Of a stretch of 64,000 bases of DNA, positions 36,673-48,791 are shown in pieces. This DNA comes from an uncultured delta proteobacterium (GTDB lineage Bacteria; Myxococcota_A; Polyangia; Palsa-1104). The stretch is taken from positions 43,620 through 107,619 of the forward strand of contig CAWAWS010000035.1 in the NCBI GenBank assembly GCA_963785725.1, read 5' to 3'. Positions within the stretch are counted from its first letter, which is position 1. The number at the start of each line of letters is the position of its first letter. The translations under genes and the position numbers were made by a program. The notes under the pieces were generated by a model. It was given only the letters and a program-made list of their open reading frames with translations, did not search any database and was not told where the DNA came from.

Positions 36673-37566
36673 ATGAACCGGATTTGTTTGCTCGTTCTGC
36701 CTTTGACGTTCGCGCTCGCCGGCTGCCGTAGCGACAACGGCGCCACCACGCCCATCAACAGTCACGACATGTCCGCCAGCACCGACGGCAGCGCCGGCAC
36801 CGGCGACATGGCCACGCCGGTCGGCGCCGCCACGACGATCGCCGCCGCGCGCGCCGCTTCGGTGCGCACGTCGATCACCGTCACCGCCGTCGTCACCGCC
36901 GTTCATGGCACGACCGAGTGGTACGTGCAGGATCAGGCCGGCGGCATGTGGTCGGGCATCGACGTCTTCTGCAACAAGAAGGCGTCGAAGAATCCCTGTC
37001 CGGCGTCGGTCACCGTGCCGAATCCGGGCGACGTCGTGACGATCACGGGCGTCATCTCGCCGTACAAGGGCAAGGACGAGCTCGATCCGAGCGCGCAGAC
37101 GACGGTGTCGACGAACGGCACGCTGCCGGCGCCGATGACCGTGGCGAGCGCGGACGCCGGCGAGCTGTCGGCCAAGCCGGAGCTGCGCGGCATGCTGGTG
37201 ACGGTGACGCCGAGCGCGACGCCGTGGAGCGTCGACAACGTCATGCCGGCCGCGCTCATCAACACGACGGCCTGCCCGACCAGCACCGACGCCGACGGCG
37301 GCTGCCTCATGTGCTTCCCGCCGCAGTACGGCGGCTTCGAGGTCACCGACGGCACCACGAAGATTTACGTCTACAACTACTTCTACGGCACGTCGCACCT
37401 GACGAGCTCGCCCGAGTGCTTGACCAACGCGGCGACGAACGTGCCGGTGACGGCGTCGACGCAGTTCACGGCGCTGGGCGGCATCCTCGACGTCGATCCG
37501 TACGCGCCGACGGCCAACACCGTCGTGCTCGCGCCGGCCGTCGATTCCGAATACACGATCAAGTAG
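36673..37566 (+). CDS. Lipoprotein with OB-fold-like domains
   Basis: Lipobox LAGC; VTAVVTA..WYVQD..WSGIDVF, PGDVVTITGVI, ELRGMLVTV. Confidence 0.72.
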   Translation: MNRICLLVLPLTFALAGCRSDNGATTPINSHDMSASTDGSAGTGDMATPVGAATTIAAARAASVRTSITVTAVVTAVHGTTEWYVQDQAGGMWSGIDVFCNKKASKNPCPASVTVPNPGDVVTITGVISPYKGKDELDPSAQTTVSTNGTLPAPMTVASADAGELSAKPELRGMLVTVTPSATPWSVDNVMPAALINTTACPTSTDADGGCLMCFPPQYGGFEVTDGTTKIYVYNYFYGTSHLTSSPECLTNAATNVPVTASTQFTALGGILDVDPYAPTANTVVLAPAVDSEYTIK

Positions 37567-37650
37567 GTCGCCCTCTTCGCGCGCCACAGTCGGCGCCGCC
37601 TCCCTGTCAATAGCTTGAAACTCCCCGCCGCTGGCGGACACTACGTTGGG

Positions 37651-40209
37651 ATGAGCCGACTCGCCTGCGCTGCCGTCGTGCTCGCCTGCGCGGCGACGAC
37701 CGTGCACGCCCAGCCGCGCGCGGGCGGCGCGCCGAAAGACGACCGGCAGAAGCACTACTCCGCCAAGCGCACCAACCTCGCCATTCGCATCGACGGCCAC
37801 CTCGACGACGCCGCCTGGTCGGCCGCCACCGTCGACGGCCGCTTCACGCAGAACTTCCCCGACGAAGGCAAGCCGGCGTCGCAGAAGACCGAAGTGCGCG
37901 TGCTCTTCGACGACGAAGCCCTCTACGTCGGCATTCGCTGTTGGGACACCGATCCCGCGGGCATCGTCGAGCGGCTGACGCGCCGCGACCGCGACACCGA
38001 CGCCGACAAAGTCACCGTCGACATCAGCTCCAAGAACGACCACATCACCGCCTATCACTTCGACATCAACGTCTCGGGCGTGCTCGAAGACGGCGTGCGC
38101 TTCAACGACACCGACTACTCGGGTGATTGGGACGGCTTGTGGCTCGGCGCCACCTCGCGCGACGCCGGCGGCTGGTCGGCCGAGCTGATGATTCCGCTGA
38201 AGACGCTGCGCTACGAAGGCGGCCGCTCGGAGTTCGGCTTCCAAGTGCGCCGCCAGCTGCAGCGCCGCCAAGAGATCGACGAATGGGCCTACAAGCCGCG
38301 CGAAGCCAGCGGCGAGGTCTCGTATTACGGCACCCTCGACGGGCTCGGCGGCTTGCACGCGGCGCGGCTGTTCCAGATCGTGCCCTATCTCGCCGCCGGC
38401 ATTTACCAGCGCTACAACCAGTCGCCCTTCAACGGCACGTCGCTCTACGGAAACATCGGCGGCGACCTGAAGCTCGGGATCACCTCGGCGCTGACGCTGG
38501 ACGCGACGATCAACCCCGACTTCGGCCAGGTCGAAGCCGACCAAGTGGTCCTCAATCTCACGACGTTCGAGGTGTTCTTTCCCGAGAAGCGGCCCTTCTT
38601 CTTGGAAGGTGTCGACATCTTCGCCACGCCGATTCAGCTGTTCTACTCGCGCCGGATCGGTCGTCCGCCGCCGGAGCCGAACAACTACACGCTGGCCGCG
38701 CCGCTGCCGGAAGGGCGAATCTGGGGCGCCGTGAAGCTGACGGGCCTGTTGGCGCCGCACCTGACCATCGGCGTGCTCGACGCGCTCACCGATTCCTCGT
38801 CGGTGTCGGCGTCGCTCAATGGCGCGCCGCCGATCAACTTGGGGCTGCAGCCGCTGTCCAACTTCTTCGTCTTGCGGATGAAGCGCGACATCGGCGAGCG
38901 CTCGTACATCGGCTTCATGGCGACGGGCGTGTCGCGCTTCGAGCAGCCTTTTGCGGCCGCGCCCGGGCCGGGCGACATCTGTCCCGACGATCCCGACGCC
39001 GAGACCGGCATCTTGCCGACGGTGCGCAAAGGGCGCTGCTATCACGACGCCTACACCGGCGGCATCGACGCGCTCGTGCTCTCTCACGACGGCGACTACG
39101 GCGCGCGCGCCCACGTCGCGGGGTCGGCGGTCGTCGGCGGCCCGACCTTGCTCATCGCCGACGGCACGACCATCGGCGCCGGCGCCGGCGGCCTCGGCAT
39201 GCTCGTCAACGGCGGCAAGATCGGCGGCCGCTTGATGCTGACCGCGCGCTACGAAGGCTATTCCCCGAAGTTCGAGATCAACGACGCCGGCTACAACCGC
39301 CAGTCGAACGTCCATCGCGTCAACGTCGAGAGCGGCTGGCGCGTCTTGAAGCCCATCTCGATCCTGCTCGAAGGCAACGTCTTCGCCGGCATCGTCACGC
39401 GCTTCTCGTGGAACGGCGACGCGGTGCTGCAAAAGACGGCCTATTTCAACACCTGGCTGCGCTTTCGGAACTTCTGGACGAGCTACTTCGAGGTCGACTA
39501 CGACCTCAACCACGACGACAACCGCGAAGCCCGCGACGGCGCCATCGTCGAGCGCGCCGGCGGCTGGTCGGTCTGCTGGTTCGGCAAGAGCGACCCACGC
39601 AAACGCCTCAACATCGACGGCGGCGCCTGCATGAGCCGCGTGCGCTGGGGCCAATCGTTCGACGGCAACTACACGTTCCGCTTGCGCCCGCTGCCGGCCA
39701 TCGAGCTCGACATCATCCCGCACGCGTCGTGGACGTTCGGCGATCCGCGCTGGTTCGACACGCTCGACAACGGCAACGGCACGCGCACCTACCTCTTCGC
39801 CGACCTCGAGTCGCGCGAGTTCGACACGACGTTACGCGGCACGTACACGTTCACGCCGACGCTGACCTTGCAGGCCTACGCGCAGCTCTTCATCGATGGC
39901 GGTCATTACGGACAGACCTACAGCGCCATTGGCCACGGCAAAGGCTCGCGACTGCCGTTCTCGGCGTTCAGCCCGAGCGGCCGGCCGTCGTACGAAGCGC
40001 CCGACTTCCGCGACGGCGCCATCAACTTGAACGTCGTCTTGCGCTGGGAGTTCCAGCCCGGCTCGACGATCCTCGGCGTCTACACGCACGCGCAGACGCA
40101 GACCGACTACGACCCGAACGAAGGCATCGGCCGGCCGTCGTTCACGCGCTTCGGCGGCGGCCCCGGCACCGACCTGTTCCTCTTGAAGCTGTCGCTGCTC
40201 TTGACGTAA
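37651..40209 (+). CDS. CBM9-like + DUF5916 outer-membrane protein
   Basis: IDGHLDDAAW, GWSAELMIPLKTLRY, LDATINPDFGQVEAD, FFPEKRPFFLEG, LFYSRRIG. Confidence 0.85.
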   Translation: MSRLACAAVVLACAATTVHAQPRAGGAPKDDRQKHYSAKRTNLAIRIDGHLDDAAWSAATVDGRFTQNFPDEGKPASQKTEVRVLFDDEALYVGIRCWDTDPAGIVERLTRRDRDTDADKVTVDISSKNDHITAYHFDINVSGVLEDGVRFNDTDYSGDWDGLWLGATSRDAGGWSAELMIPLKTLRYEGGRSEFGFQVRRQLQRRQEIDEWAYKPREASGEVSYYGTLDGLGGLHAARLFQIVPYLAAGIYQRYNQSPFNGTSLYGNIGGDLKLGITSALTLDATINPDFGQVEADQVVLNLTTFEVFFPEKRPFFLEGVDIFATPIQLFYSRRIGRPPPEPNNYTLAAPLPEGRIWGAVKLTGLLAPHLTIGVLDALTDSSSVSASLNGAPPINLGLQPLSNFFVLRMKRDIGERSYIGFMATGVSRFEQPFAAAPGPGDICPDDPDAETGILPTVRKGRCYHDAYTGGIDALVLSHDGDYGARAHVAGSAVVGGPTLLIADGTTIGAGAGGLGMLVNGGKIGGRLMLTARYEGYSPKFEINDAGYNRQSNVHRVNVESGWRVLKPISILLEGNVFAGIVTRFSWNGDAVLQKTAYFNTWLRFRNFWTSYFEVDYDLNHDDNREARDGAIVERAGGWSVCWFGKSDPRKRLNIDGGACMSRVRWGQSFDGNYTFRLRPLPAIELDIIPHASWTFGDPRWFDTLDNGNGTRTYLFADLESREFDTTLRGTYTFTPTLTLQAYAQLFIDGGHYGQTYSAIGHGKGSRLPFSAFSPSGRPSYEAPDFRDGAINLNVVLRWEFQPGSTILGVYTHAQTQTDYDPNEGIGRPSFTRFGGGPGTDLFLLKLSLLLT

Positions 40210-40212
40210 CCG

Positions 40213-41529
40213 CTAACGCGCTTTGCGAACGCCGCGCGATTCACGCATTTCCACGTTGGCCGCCGGGCGCGGCGACGACATCGGCGGCGGCCGGCGCAGC
40301 TCGATGCCGTGATTGGCGAACACTTCGGCGAGCAGCTCGTGCGAGGCATCGATCGACGAGCGCACCGCCGCGTAACCATGATTGGCGGCGCGATCTTTGG
40401 CCCAAAAGTTCAAGGCGCCCATCGTGAAGAAGTCGTAATCGTCCTCGGCCGGCTCGATGAACACGACGTCGGCCTGCACCGCGGGATCCAAGAACACGAC
40501 CTCTTTGGCGAGATCGAGGCGGGCGCCGATGAGCGTGCGGATCGACTGCGACGCGATCGTCGGCATGCCGTGGTCGGACAAGTTGCGCCCGGCGCGGTCG
40601 TAACGAATGCGCGTGAACGGGTTGTAGCAGACGACCAGGTCGCAGCCCTTCTCGACGGCGACGCGGACGTTGGCGGTGCGCATGAGGCCGCCGTCGACGA
40701 GATCGAGCCGCGCCGGCTCGCCCTTCTCGCCGGCGCGCGGGTTGTCGACCGACAGCGGCCGATACCACAGCGGCAGCGCACAGGACGCGGCGATGGCGCT
40801 CGAGATCGGCACGTGGCTGTACGGCTCATCGTGCCCGAAGACGACGATCTCGCCCTTGTTGAGGTCGGTCGCCGTCAAATACAGCTCTTTGCCGGTCTGG
40901 CGCACGGCGCCCGCGAAGTCGTCGGGAAAGCCGGCGCGCGCCATCTGCCGCTTCAAATAGACGGCCAGCGCCCGCGGATCGAAGAGGCCGGTCGGCAAGA
41001 GGCGCGCCGTCGCTTCGAACATCTTGGCCAGCGTCGTGCCCAATTCGTAGCGCTGGCCGGTGCGCGGGTTGGTCGCGCCCGAGAGCCAGTTGGTGAACAG
41101 CTCCTGCTCTTTGCCGAGCCAGCGCGGGATGCGCGCGAAGATCTCGCTCACGTCCGGCTGCATGAAGTGCCACGGCTGGAAGGCGTCGTAGACGTCGCTG
41201 CGGCCCTGCAAGATGCGGAAGATTTCGTCGGGCACGATGCCGGCGGCCAACACGGCGGCGAGCACGCTGCCGGCGGACAGACCGACGAAGACGTCGAACT
41301 CGTTGAGCGAGAACGCGTGCGCGCTCATCCCCGGCAACTTGCGGCGCACGAGCGACTCGTCGAGCGCGCGCAGGCCGCCGGCCTTGAAGGCGCCGCCGGC
41401 GACGGCGCCGCCGGCCAAGACGAGCCCGACTTTGCCGCGCGGCACGCGGGGCAGCGCCGGATCCAGCTTCTGAATGACCGTGATGCCGCGGTGTTTGACG
41501 AAGCGCGGGCTGAACGTCGTCGCGGACAT
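40213..41529 (-). CDS. Patatin-like phospholipase
   Basis: LVLAGGAVAGG, GLSAG nucleophile, DGG. Confidence 0.88.
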   Translation of the reverse strand: MSATTFSPRFVKHRGITVIQKLDPALPRVPRGKVGLVLAGGAVAGGAFKAGGLRALDESLVRRKLPGMSAHAFSLNEFDVFVGLSAGSVLAAVLAAGIVPDEIFRILQGRSDVYDAFQPWHFMQPDVSEIFARIPRWLGKEQELFTNWLSGATNPRTGQRYELGTTLAKMFEATARLLPTGLFDPRALAVYLKRQMARAGFPDDFAGAVRQTGKELYLTATDLNKGEIVVFGHDEPYSHVPISSAIAASCALPLWYRPLSVDNPRAGEKGEPARLDLVDGGLMRTANVRVAVEKGCDLVVCYNPFTRIRYDRAGRNLSDHGMPTIASQSIRTLIGARLDLAKEVVFLDPAVQADVVFIEPAEDDYDFFTMGALNFWAKDRAANHGYAAVRSSIDASHELLAEVFANHGIELRRPPPMSSPRPAANVEMRESRGVRKAR

Positions 41530-43155
41530 TTACCCTGACTGTCCGACGCCGACGACGACGCGCAAGTAGATGAGGCCGGCGCCTTCGACGGTGGCGCCGC
41601 ACGCCAGCGGCAGGAGCGCAGCCACGAGCGCGCGGGCGCGGTCGGCGTAGCGATCGTCCCCGGTGTGCGTCGCCAGCGTCCACAAGAGCGTGCCGGCGAC
41701 GGCGTTGGCGCTCGGGCCGGGGCCGTCGTCACCGTCGCGGAACGGCCGCGCCTGACCGCCGGGCACCGACGCGAAGCCGCCGTCGGTGTGCCAAAACTTG
41801 GCGAGCATGTGATCGGCCATCGCGCGCGCGGCGTCGAGGTGATGGCGCTCGCCGGTCGCCTCGTAGGCGCGCGCCGCGGCCAGGCCGAGCTCGGCGTGAT
41901 CGGCGAGCCAGCGCAGCGACTGGGAATCGCCGAGCCGATGGGGAATGCCACCGTCTTCGGCGCGCGCGGCATACAGACGATCGAGCGCCAAAATCGCCCG
42001 CTCGCGCTCGCGCCAAACGCCTACGGCCGCTTCGGCTTCGAGGTAGGCGCGCGCCATCTTGGCCCACACGCCGGCGTAGGGCGTCGTGTCGACCGAGGGC
42101 GCCGGACGCTCGCCGCGCGCCGCCAGCAGTCGATCGCGCGCGCGAGCCGCCAGCTGCTGCACGGCCGCCGGCTCGCGGTTGAGCTCGCGCGCGACCGCCT
42201 CGACCGGCGCCGCCAAGAAGAGCACGTTGCGCGTCGGATCGGAGTGCAGCTCGCCGCGGCCGTACAGGTCGAAGTACGGCTGCGCCACCGCCAGCTCGTC
42301 GGCGTCGAGCGCGGCGCGCGCCTCTTCGACCGTCCACGTGTAGTGCGAGCCGTCGTCGAAGGCGCCGACGTCGGCATCCTCCGACGCCGCGTAGCCGCCG
42401 CCTTCGAGCGCCAGCGCGTACTCGACGTAGGCGACGGTGCGGCGCGCGACAGCGGCATAGCGCGTCTGGCCCGTCGACGCGGCGGCGCGCGCGAACGTCG
42501 TCAAGAGCGCCGCTTGATCGGCCGCGCGCTTCTCGAAGTGCGGCACGACCCAGCGCTCGTCGGTGGAATAGAGGTGAAAGCCGCCGCCCAATTGATCGTG
42601 GATACCGCCCTGCGCCAGCGCGTCGAGCGTCCGCAGCGCCAACGGCAGCCCGTCGAAGCCGAAGCGCGCCGGCGGCAGCGCCAAGAGCAGCTCGATGAGC
42701 GGCGGACGCGGCCGCTTGGGCGGGCTCTCGAAGCCGCCGTTGTGGCGATCGTAGGCGGCCGCTATCGCCTGCAGCGCCGACTCGATCGTCCCCACCGGAG
42801 CGGGCGGCAGCGGCAACGGCGGCGCCAACAGCGGCAACGGCGCGGCCAGCAGATCGAGCAGCGATCGCCGCGACACATGCGTCGCCACCCGCCGCGGCGT
42901 GCCGTCGGGCGCCGTCAAAGCGACGAGAGGCCACGTCGGCACGGCGCGACCGGTGAACGGCTGCAGCGCCACGTCGATGTCGGGCCGCTCGTCGCAGTCG
43001 ATGCGCACGCAGTGGTAGCGCGCGGTCGCCTCGATGACGTCGGGATCGTCGAGCAGCCGCTCGAGCTGATGCGCGGCGTGCGAAAAGCGATTGGTCACGA
43101 CGATGAGCCGCGGCCGCTCCGATGCTTGGTCGTCAGGACGCCAGTCGATGGTCAC
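41530..43155 (-). CDS. YyaL/SSP411-like (DUF255 + six-hairpin-like) protein with degenerate thioredoxin motif
   Basis: DCDERPDID, GGIHDQLGGGFHLYSTDERWVVPHFEK, EDAD, PSANAV. Confidence 0.85.
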   Translation of the reverse strand: MTIDWRPDDQASERPRLIVVTNRFSHAAHQLERLLDDPDVIEATARYHCVRIDCDERPDIDVALQPFTGRAVPTWPLVALTAPDGTPRRVATHVSRRSLLDLLAAPLPLLAPPLPLPPAPVGTIESALQAIAAAYDRHNGGFESPPKRPRPPLIELLLALPPARFGFDGLPLALRTLDALAQGGIHDQLGGGFHLYSTDERWVVPHFEKRAADQAALLTTFARAAASTGQTRYAAVARRTVAYVEYALALEGGGYAASEDADVGAFDDGSHYTWTVEEARAALDADELAVAQPYFDLYGRGELHSDPTRNVLFLAAPVEAVARELNREPAAVQQLAARARDRLLAARGERPAPSVDTTPYAGVWAKMARAYLEAEAAVGVWRERERAILALDRLYAARAEDGGIPHRLGDSQSLRWLADHAELGLAAARAYEATGERHHLDAARAMADHMLAKFWHTDGGFASVPGGQARPFRDGDDGPGPSANAVAGTLLWTLATHTGDDRYADRARALVAALLPLACGATVEGAGLIYLRVVVGVGQSG

Positions 43156-43180
43156 GCCGCTCGATGCTACCATTTGCCGC

Positions 43181-43876
43181 GTGTCGAAGAAGGCCAAAGG
43201 ATTCAACACCCCGTTCGACGAGCTGGAGGCGTTGCGCGCCAAGCTGTTGCCCGCGCCGCCGCCGCCGAAACCCAAGGCGCCGGCCGGCAAAATAGCAACG
43301 ACCGTCGCACCGGCGCCACCGCCGCCACCGCAAACCGACGCAGAGGCGCTCGCCGAGATGATGCGCGGCGTGGCGCAATTGCAGGCCGATCCGCGCGGCC
43401 GGATCATCGGCGGCGCGGCGCCCGCGGCGGCGACGGTCGTGCGCCGCCGCGTCGACGACGAGGCCGAGGTCTATGCCGAGCTGGCCGATCTCGTCGACGG
43501 CGCCGGCCCGTTCGACATCAGCGCCACCGACGAATACATCGAGGCGCTCGGCCCCGGCATCGACAAGCGCCTCTTACGCAAGCTCAAAGCCGGCGACTAC
43601 GCGATGCAGGCGCACCTCGATCTGCACGGCCTCAACGCGGAAGAGGCGCGCGTCGAGGTCGAGACCTTCTTGACCAAGGCGCGCCTCGACGGGCGGCGCT
43701 GCGTGCTCATCATTCACGGCCGCGGGCACAACAGCAAAGACGGCGTCGCGGTGTTGAAAGAGCGGCTGCAGGTGTGGCTGACGCGCGGGCGCATCGGCCG
43801 CGGCGTGCTCGCGTTCTGCACGGCGCGTCCCGTCGACGGCGGCGCCGGCGCGGTCTACGTCCTATTGCGAAAATAG
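43181..43876 (+). CDS. Smr/MutS2-domain protein
   Basis: LRKLKAG, LDLHG, IIHGRG, DGGAGAVYVLLR. Confidence 0.9.
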   Translation: MSKKAKGFNTPFDELEALRAKLLPAPPPPKPKAPAGKIATTVAPAPPPPPQTDAEALAEMMRGVAQLQADPRGRIIGGAAPAAATVVRRRVDDEAEVYAELADLVDGAGPFDISATDEYIEALGPGIDKRLLRKLKAGDYAMQAHLDLHGLNAEEARVEVETFLTKARLDGRRCVLIIHGRGHNSKDGVAVLKERLQVWLTRGRIGRGVLAFCTARPVDGGAGAVYVLLRK

Positions 43877-43899
43877 TTAATAGTTAACGCTCGGATTAA

Positions 43900-45867
<1,968 letters not shown>

Positions 45868-45944
45868 GTTCGCGACTATAAGCCCAAATCATCAGGTCGA
45901 CGAGGTCAGGGCACACAGTGCAGGTGCGAGACCACGCGCTCAAA

Positions 45945-45974
45945 TTGACAGCTCGACGACGCTACGACTACAGT
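45945..45974 (+). promoter_or_regulatory. Sigma70-type promoter of the OmpA-domain gene
   Basis: TTGACA-N18-TACAGT. Confidence 0.55.
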
Positions 45975-46012
45975 CGGGCACGCTGCAAAAGTCAGTGTGA
46001 GCGACGACACTA

Positions 46013-48262
46013 ATGACGCGGATTCTGTTGCGATTGGCTCTGCCCCTCCTGATTTTGTCCGCTCCTTCCCTGGCGTTGGCGCAGCCGGCCGATGATCCTG
46101 GCTTGAGCGAATCGCCGCCGCCGCCGAAGCCGGCGACGCCAAAGCCGACCGCGACGCCGGCCGCGGTCACACCCACGCCGACGACGAGCACGATCACGAC
46201 GACGTCGCCGCCGAACGAGCAGCTGTCGGCGCCCGAGGTGCACGAGACCGTCGACGAGCAGGTCACGTGGAAGCCGGGCACGGGCGAGCATCCGCCCGAC
46301 GAAGACATGTACGAGACCGTGGCCGCGCCGTCGGTCACGGGCGGCGTCGGCCTCTTGCGCACGCTCGAAGCCGAGAGCGGCAAGACCAACACCTTCCGCG
46401 TCGGCATCAACTTGCAGGCGTTCCGCCAGTCGAACTTCCTGATCGCCGGCTCCAACGGCGTCGGCGGCGACGTCAACTCACGCTTCCTCGGCAATTTGAC
46501 GATCGGCTACACGCCGTGGAAGTACATCGAGCTCTACCTCGGCATCTTCAACTCGTCGAACCAGAACACGCGCACCGACTCGGGCCGCGAAGATCCCGAG
46601 GTCATCTTGGCGCTCGGTGACGTCGGCGCCGGCGTCAAAGGCCACGTGCCGCTCGCCAGCTGGTTCGATCTCGGCGTCAACTTGGGCCTCAAGTTCTTCA
46701 ACTCGGTCTCCAAAGTCAGCGTCGAAGGCGCCGCCACCAACTTCACCGCCGATCTCATCGGCAGCTTCGACCTGCGCCACGCCGAAGCCACGAAGAACGT
46801 GCCGTTGCGCTTCCACTTGAACGTCGGCTACCTCGTCGACGAGTCGATCAAGCTGCTCGCCGGCAACGGCTGCCCGACGTCGGACTCGAACGACGCCTGC
46901 ATCCGCTCGCGCGTCGTCGAGACGTTCGGCTACGGCATCGGCGCCAGCCGCTTCCGCATCGCCGCCGCCGCCGACGTGCCGCTCGAGTTCAAGAAGGCGC
47001 ACGTCGGCCTCGAGATCTTCGGCGAATATCACGCCGAGATCGCGGTCGGCGACGGCGATCAGACGATCGTGCGCGCGCTCGCCAACGACAGCTCCATCTC
47101 CAACAGCCGTTTGACCGGCACCAGCTTGCAATACTTCACGTTCGGCGTGCGCGTGCGTCCCGTCGCCGGCCTGGTGCTCGACGCCGGCATCGACGTCGGC
47201 GTGTCGTCGCCCGGCTTCCAATACGGGCCGCCGGTGCCGGCGTGGAACGTCATCCTCGGCGCCGCCTACGTCTACGATCCGATCGGCGCGCGCGGCCGCA
47301 CCAAGGTCGTCACGCGCACCGTCACCCGCGAGAGCGCGCGCACGGCCGTCGAAGGCAAGCTGCGCGGCTTCGTCCGCGACGGCGCGACCAAGAAGCCGGT
47401 CGGCGGCGCCACCATCCGCTACACGAGCCGCCGCGCCACGCCGCAGCTCACGGCCGACGACGGCAGCTTCCTCAGCTACGGCTTCCCGCCGGGCCCGATC
47501 ACCGTCGAGATCTCGCGCGACGACTACGAGGCCACGAAGATCGACACGATCATCCCGGCCAACGGCGAGACGCCGATCGAGGTCCTGCTCAAGGCCAAGC
47601 CACCGCAGAACGGCACGCTGCAGGGCAAAGTCACCGACAGCGACGGCGGTGGCCTCGTGGCCACGGTTCGGTTGACCAATCCCCAAACGGGAGCCATCGT
47701 CGACGCCGAGCCCGAAGGGGGTTCCGGCGGCTACGGCGCCAAGCTGCCGCAGGGAGATTACGCCATGGAAGTCAGCGCCGACGGCTACTTGTCGAAGCAG
47801 CGGCAGATCACCATCGTCACGGCTCAGCCGACCAACTTCGAGGTCGTGCTGCGCAAGAAGCCGACGACGTCGCACGTCTCGCTCGGCAAGGGCGAGATCA
47901 TCATCAAGGGCGTCATTCACTTCGGCACCAACAACGCCGAGATTCGTCCCGACGGCGCCGAGCTGCTCGACGAAGTGGCCGACGTCCTCGTCAAACACGG
48001 CGAAATCCGTCGCGTTCGCGTCGAGGGGCACACCGACAACCGCGGCAACGCCGACAAGAACCTGGAGCTGTCGAAGGCGCGCGCGGCGGCGGTCGTGGCC
48101 TATCTCGTCAAGCAGGGCATCGACCCGCAGCGGCTCGAATCCGAAGGCTACGGCGCGACGCAGCCGCTCGTCCCCAACATCACGCCGGCGCAGCGGGCCA
48201 AGAATCGCCGCGTCGCCTTCAAGATCCTCGATGGTGTCTCCGTTCCGTCGGTGACGCAGTGA
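46013..48262 (+). CDS. Outer-membrane protein: beta-barrel-like N-terminus, two carboxypeptidase-regulatory-like domains, OmpA C-terminal domain
   Basis: Signal peptide; VEGHTDNRG, NLELSKARA, GYGATQP, KNRRV. Confidence 0.88.
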   Translation: MTRILLRLALPLLILSAPSLALAQPADDPGLSESPPPPKPATPKPTATPAAVTPTPTTSTITTTSPPNEQLSAPEVHETVDEQVTWKPGTGEHPPDEDMYETVAAPSVTGGVGLLRTLEAESGKTNTFRVGINLQAFRQSNFLIAGSNGVGGDVNSRFLGNLTIGYTPWKYIELYLGIFNSSNQNTRTDSGREDPEVILALGDVGAGVKGHVPLASWFDLGVNLGLKFFNSVSKVSVEGAATNFTADLIGSFDLRHAEATKNVPLRFHLNVGYLVDESIKLLAGNGCPTSDSNDACIRSRVVETFGYGIGASRFRIAAAADVPLEFKKAHVGLEIFGEYHAEIAVGDGDQTIVRALANDSSISNSRLTGTSLQYFTFGVRVRPVAGLVLDAGIDVGVSSPGFQYGPPVPAWNVILGAAYVYDPIGARGRTKVVTRTVTRESARTAVEGKLRGFVRDGATKKPVGGATIRYTSRRATPQLTADDGSFLSYGFPPGPITVEISRDDYEATKIDTIIPANGETPIEVLLKAKPPQNGTLQGKVTDSDGGGLVATVRLTNPQTGAIVDAEPEGGSGGYGAKLPQGDYAMEVSADGYLSKQRQITIVTAQPTNFEVVLRKKPTTSHVSLGKGEIIIKGVIHFGTNNAEIRPDGAELLDEVADVLVKHGEIRRVRVEGHTDNRGNADKNLELSKARAAAVVAYLVKQGIDPQRLESEGYGATQPLVPNITPAQRAKNRRVAFKILDGVSVPSVTQ

Positions 48263-48735
48263 CGCGCGCGCTGTTATTGGCGGCGGCGCTGTTGGCCGTC
48301 GGCTGCCGCGAAGGCAACACGCTCGACAACTCGGGCACGTTCTCGAGCACGGCGGCGGACATGGCCAAAGGGCCGATCTCGTCGTCGCCGGATTTGGCGC
48401 CGCCTAGCGAGGACATGGTCGCGGCCGAGACCTGCGGCTCGATCTTGACCTGCGGCCTCGGCTGCTTGAGCGGCGCGGCCGGCGGCGACATGGCCGGCGG
48501 CGGCGGGCTCGGCGGCTTGGGCGGTTTGGGCGGCCTCGCCGGCTGCACGTCCTGCTTACAAGGCGCGCCGCCCGACGCCACGATGCAAGCCGAGGCCATC
48601 ATCAGCTGTGCCGTGCAGAACTGCTTGAGCGACATCACCGGCGGCGGCGGCATCACCGGCATCTTCAGCTGCCTCGCCACGAGCTGCACGACCCAGCTCG
48701 CCGCCTGCCAAGGCCTCGGCATCGGCGGCTTCTAA
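48259..48735 (+). CDS. Cys/Gly-rich lipoprotein
   Basis: GTGA overlap; lipobox LAVGC; 10 further Cys in CxxC/CxxxC/CxxxxC spacing. Confidence 0.75.
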   Translation: MTRALLLAAALLAVGCREGNTLDNSGTFSSTAADMAKGPISSSPDLAPPSEDMVAAETCGSILTCGLGCLSGAAGGDMAGGGGLGGLGGLGGLAGCTSCLQGAPPDATMQAEAIISCAVQNCLSDITGGGGITGIFSCLATSCTTQLAACQGLGIGGF

Positions 48736-48747
48736 GCCCGACCTACG

Positions 48748-48776
48748 CGAGCGGCCCGATTCGCATGGGCCGCTCG
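48748..48776. terminator. Hairpin between convergent genes
   Basis: CGAGCGGCCC-N9-GGGCCGCTCG, perfect 10-bp stem; no U-tract. Confidence 0.45.
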
Positions 48777-48791
48777 AACCGCCACGCCCGC

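Noticed and set aside
46013..48735. traA/traB assignment
   Set aside because: Gene order and domain content differ (no TSP3 repeats, PA14-like domain or C-terminal sorting tag).
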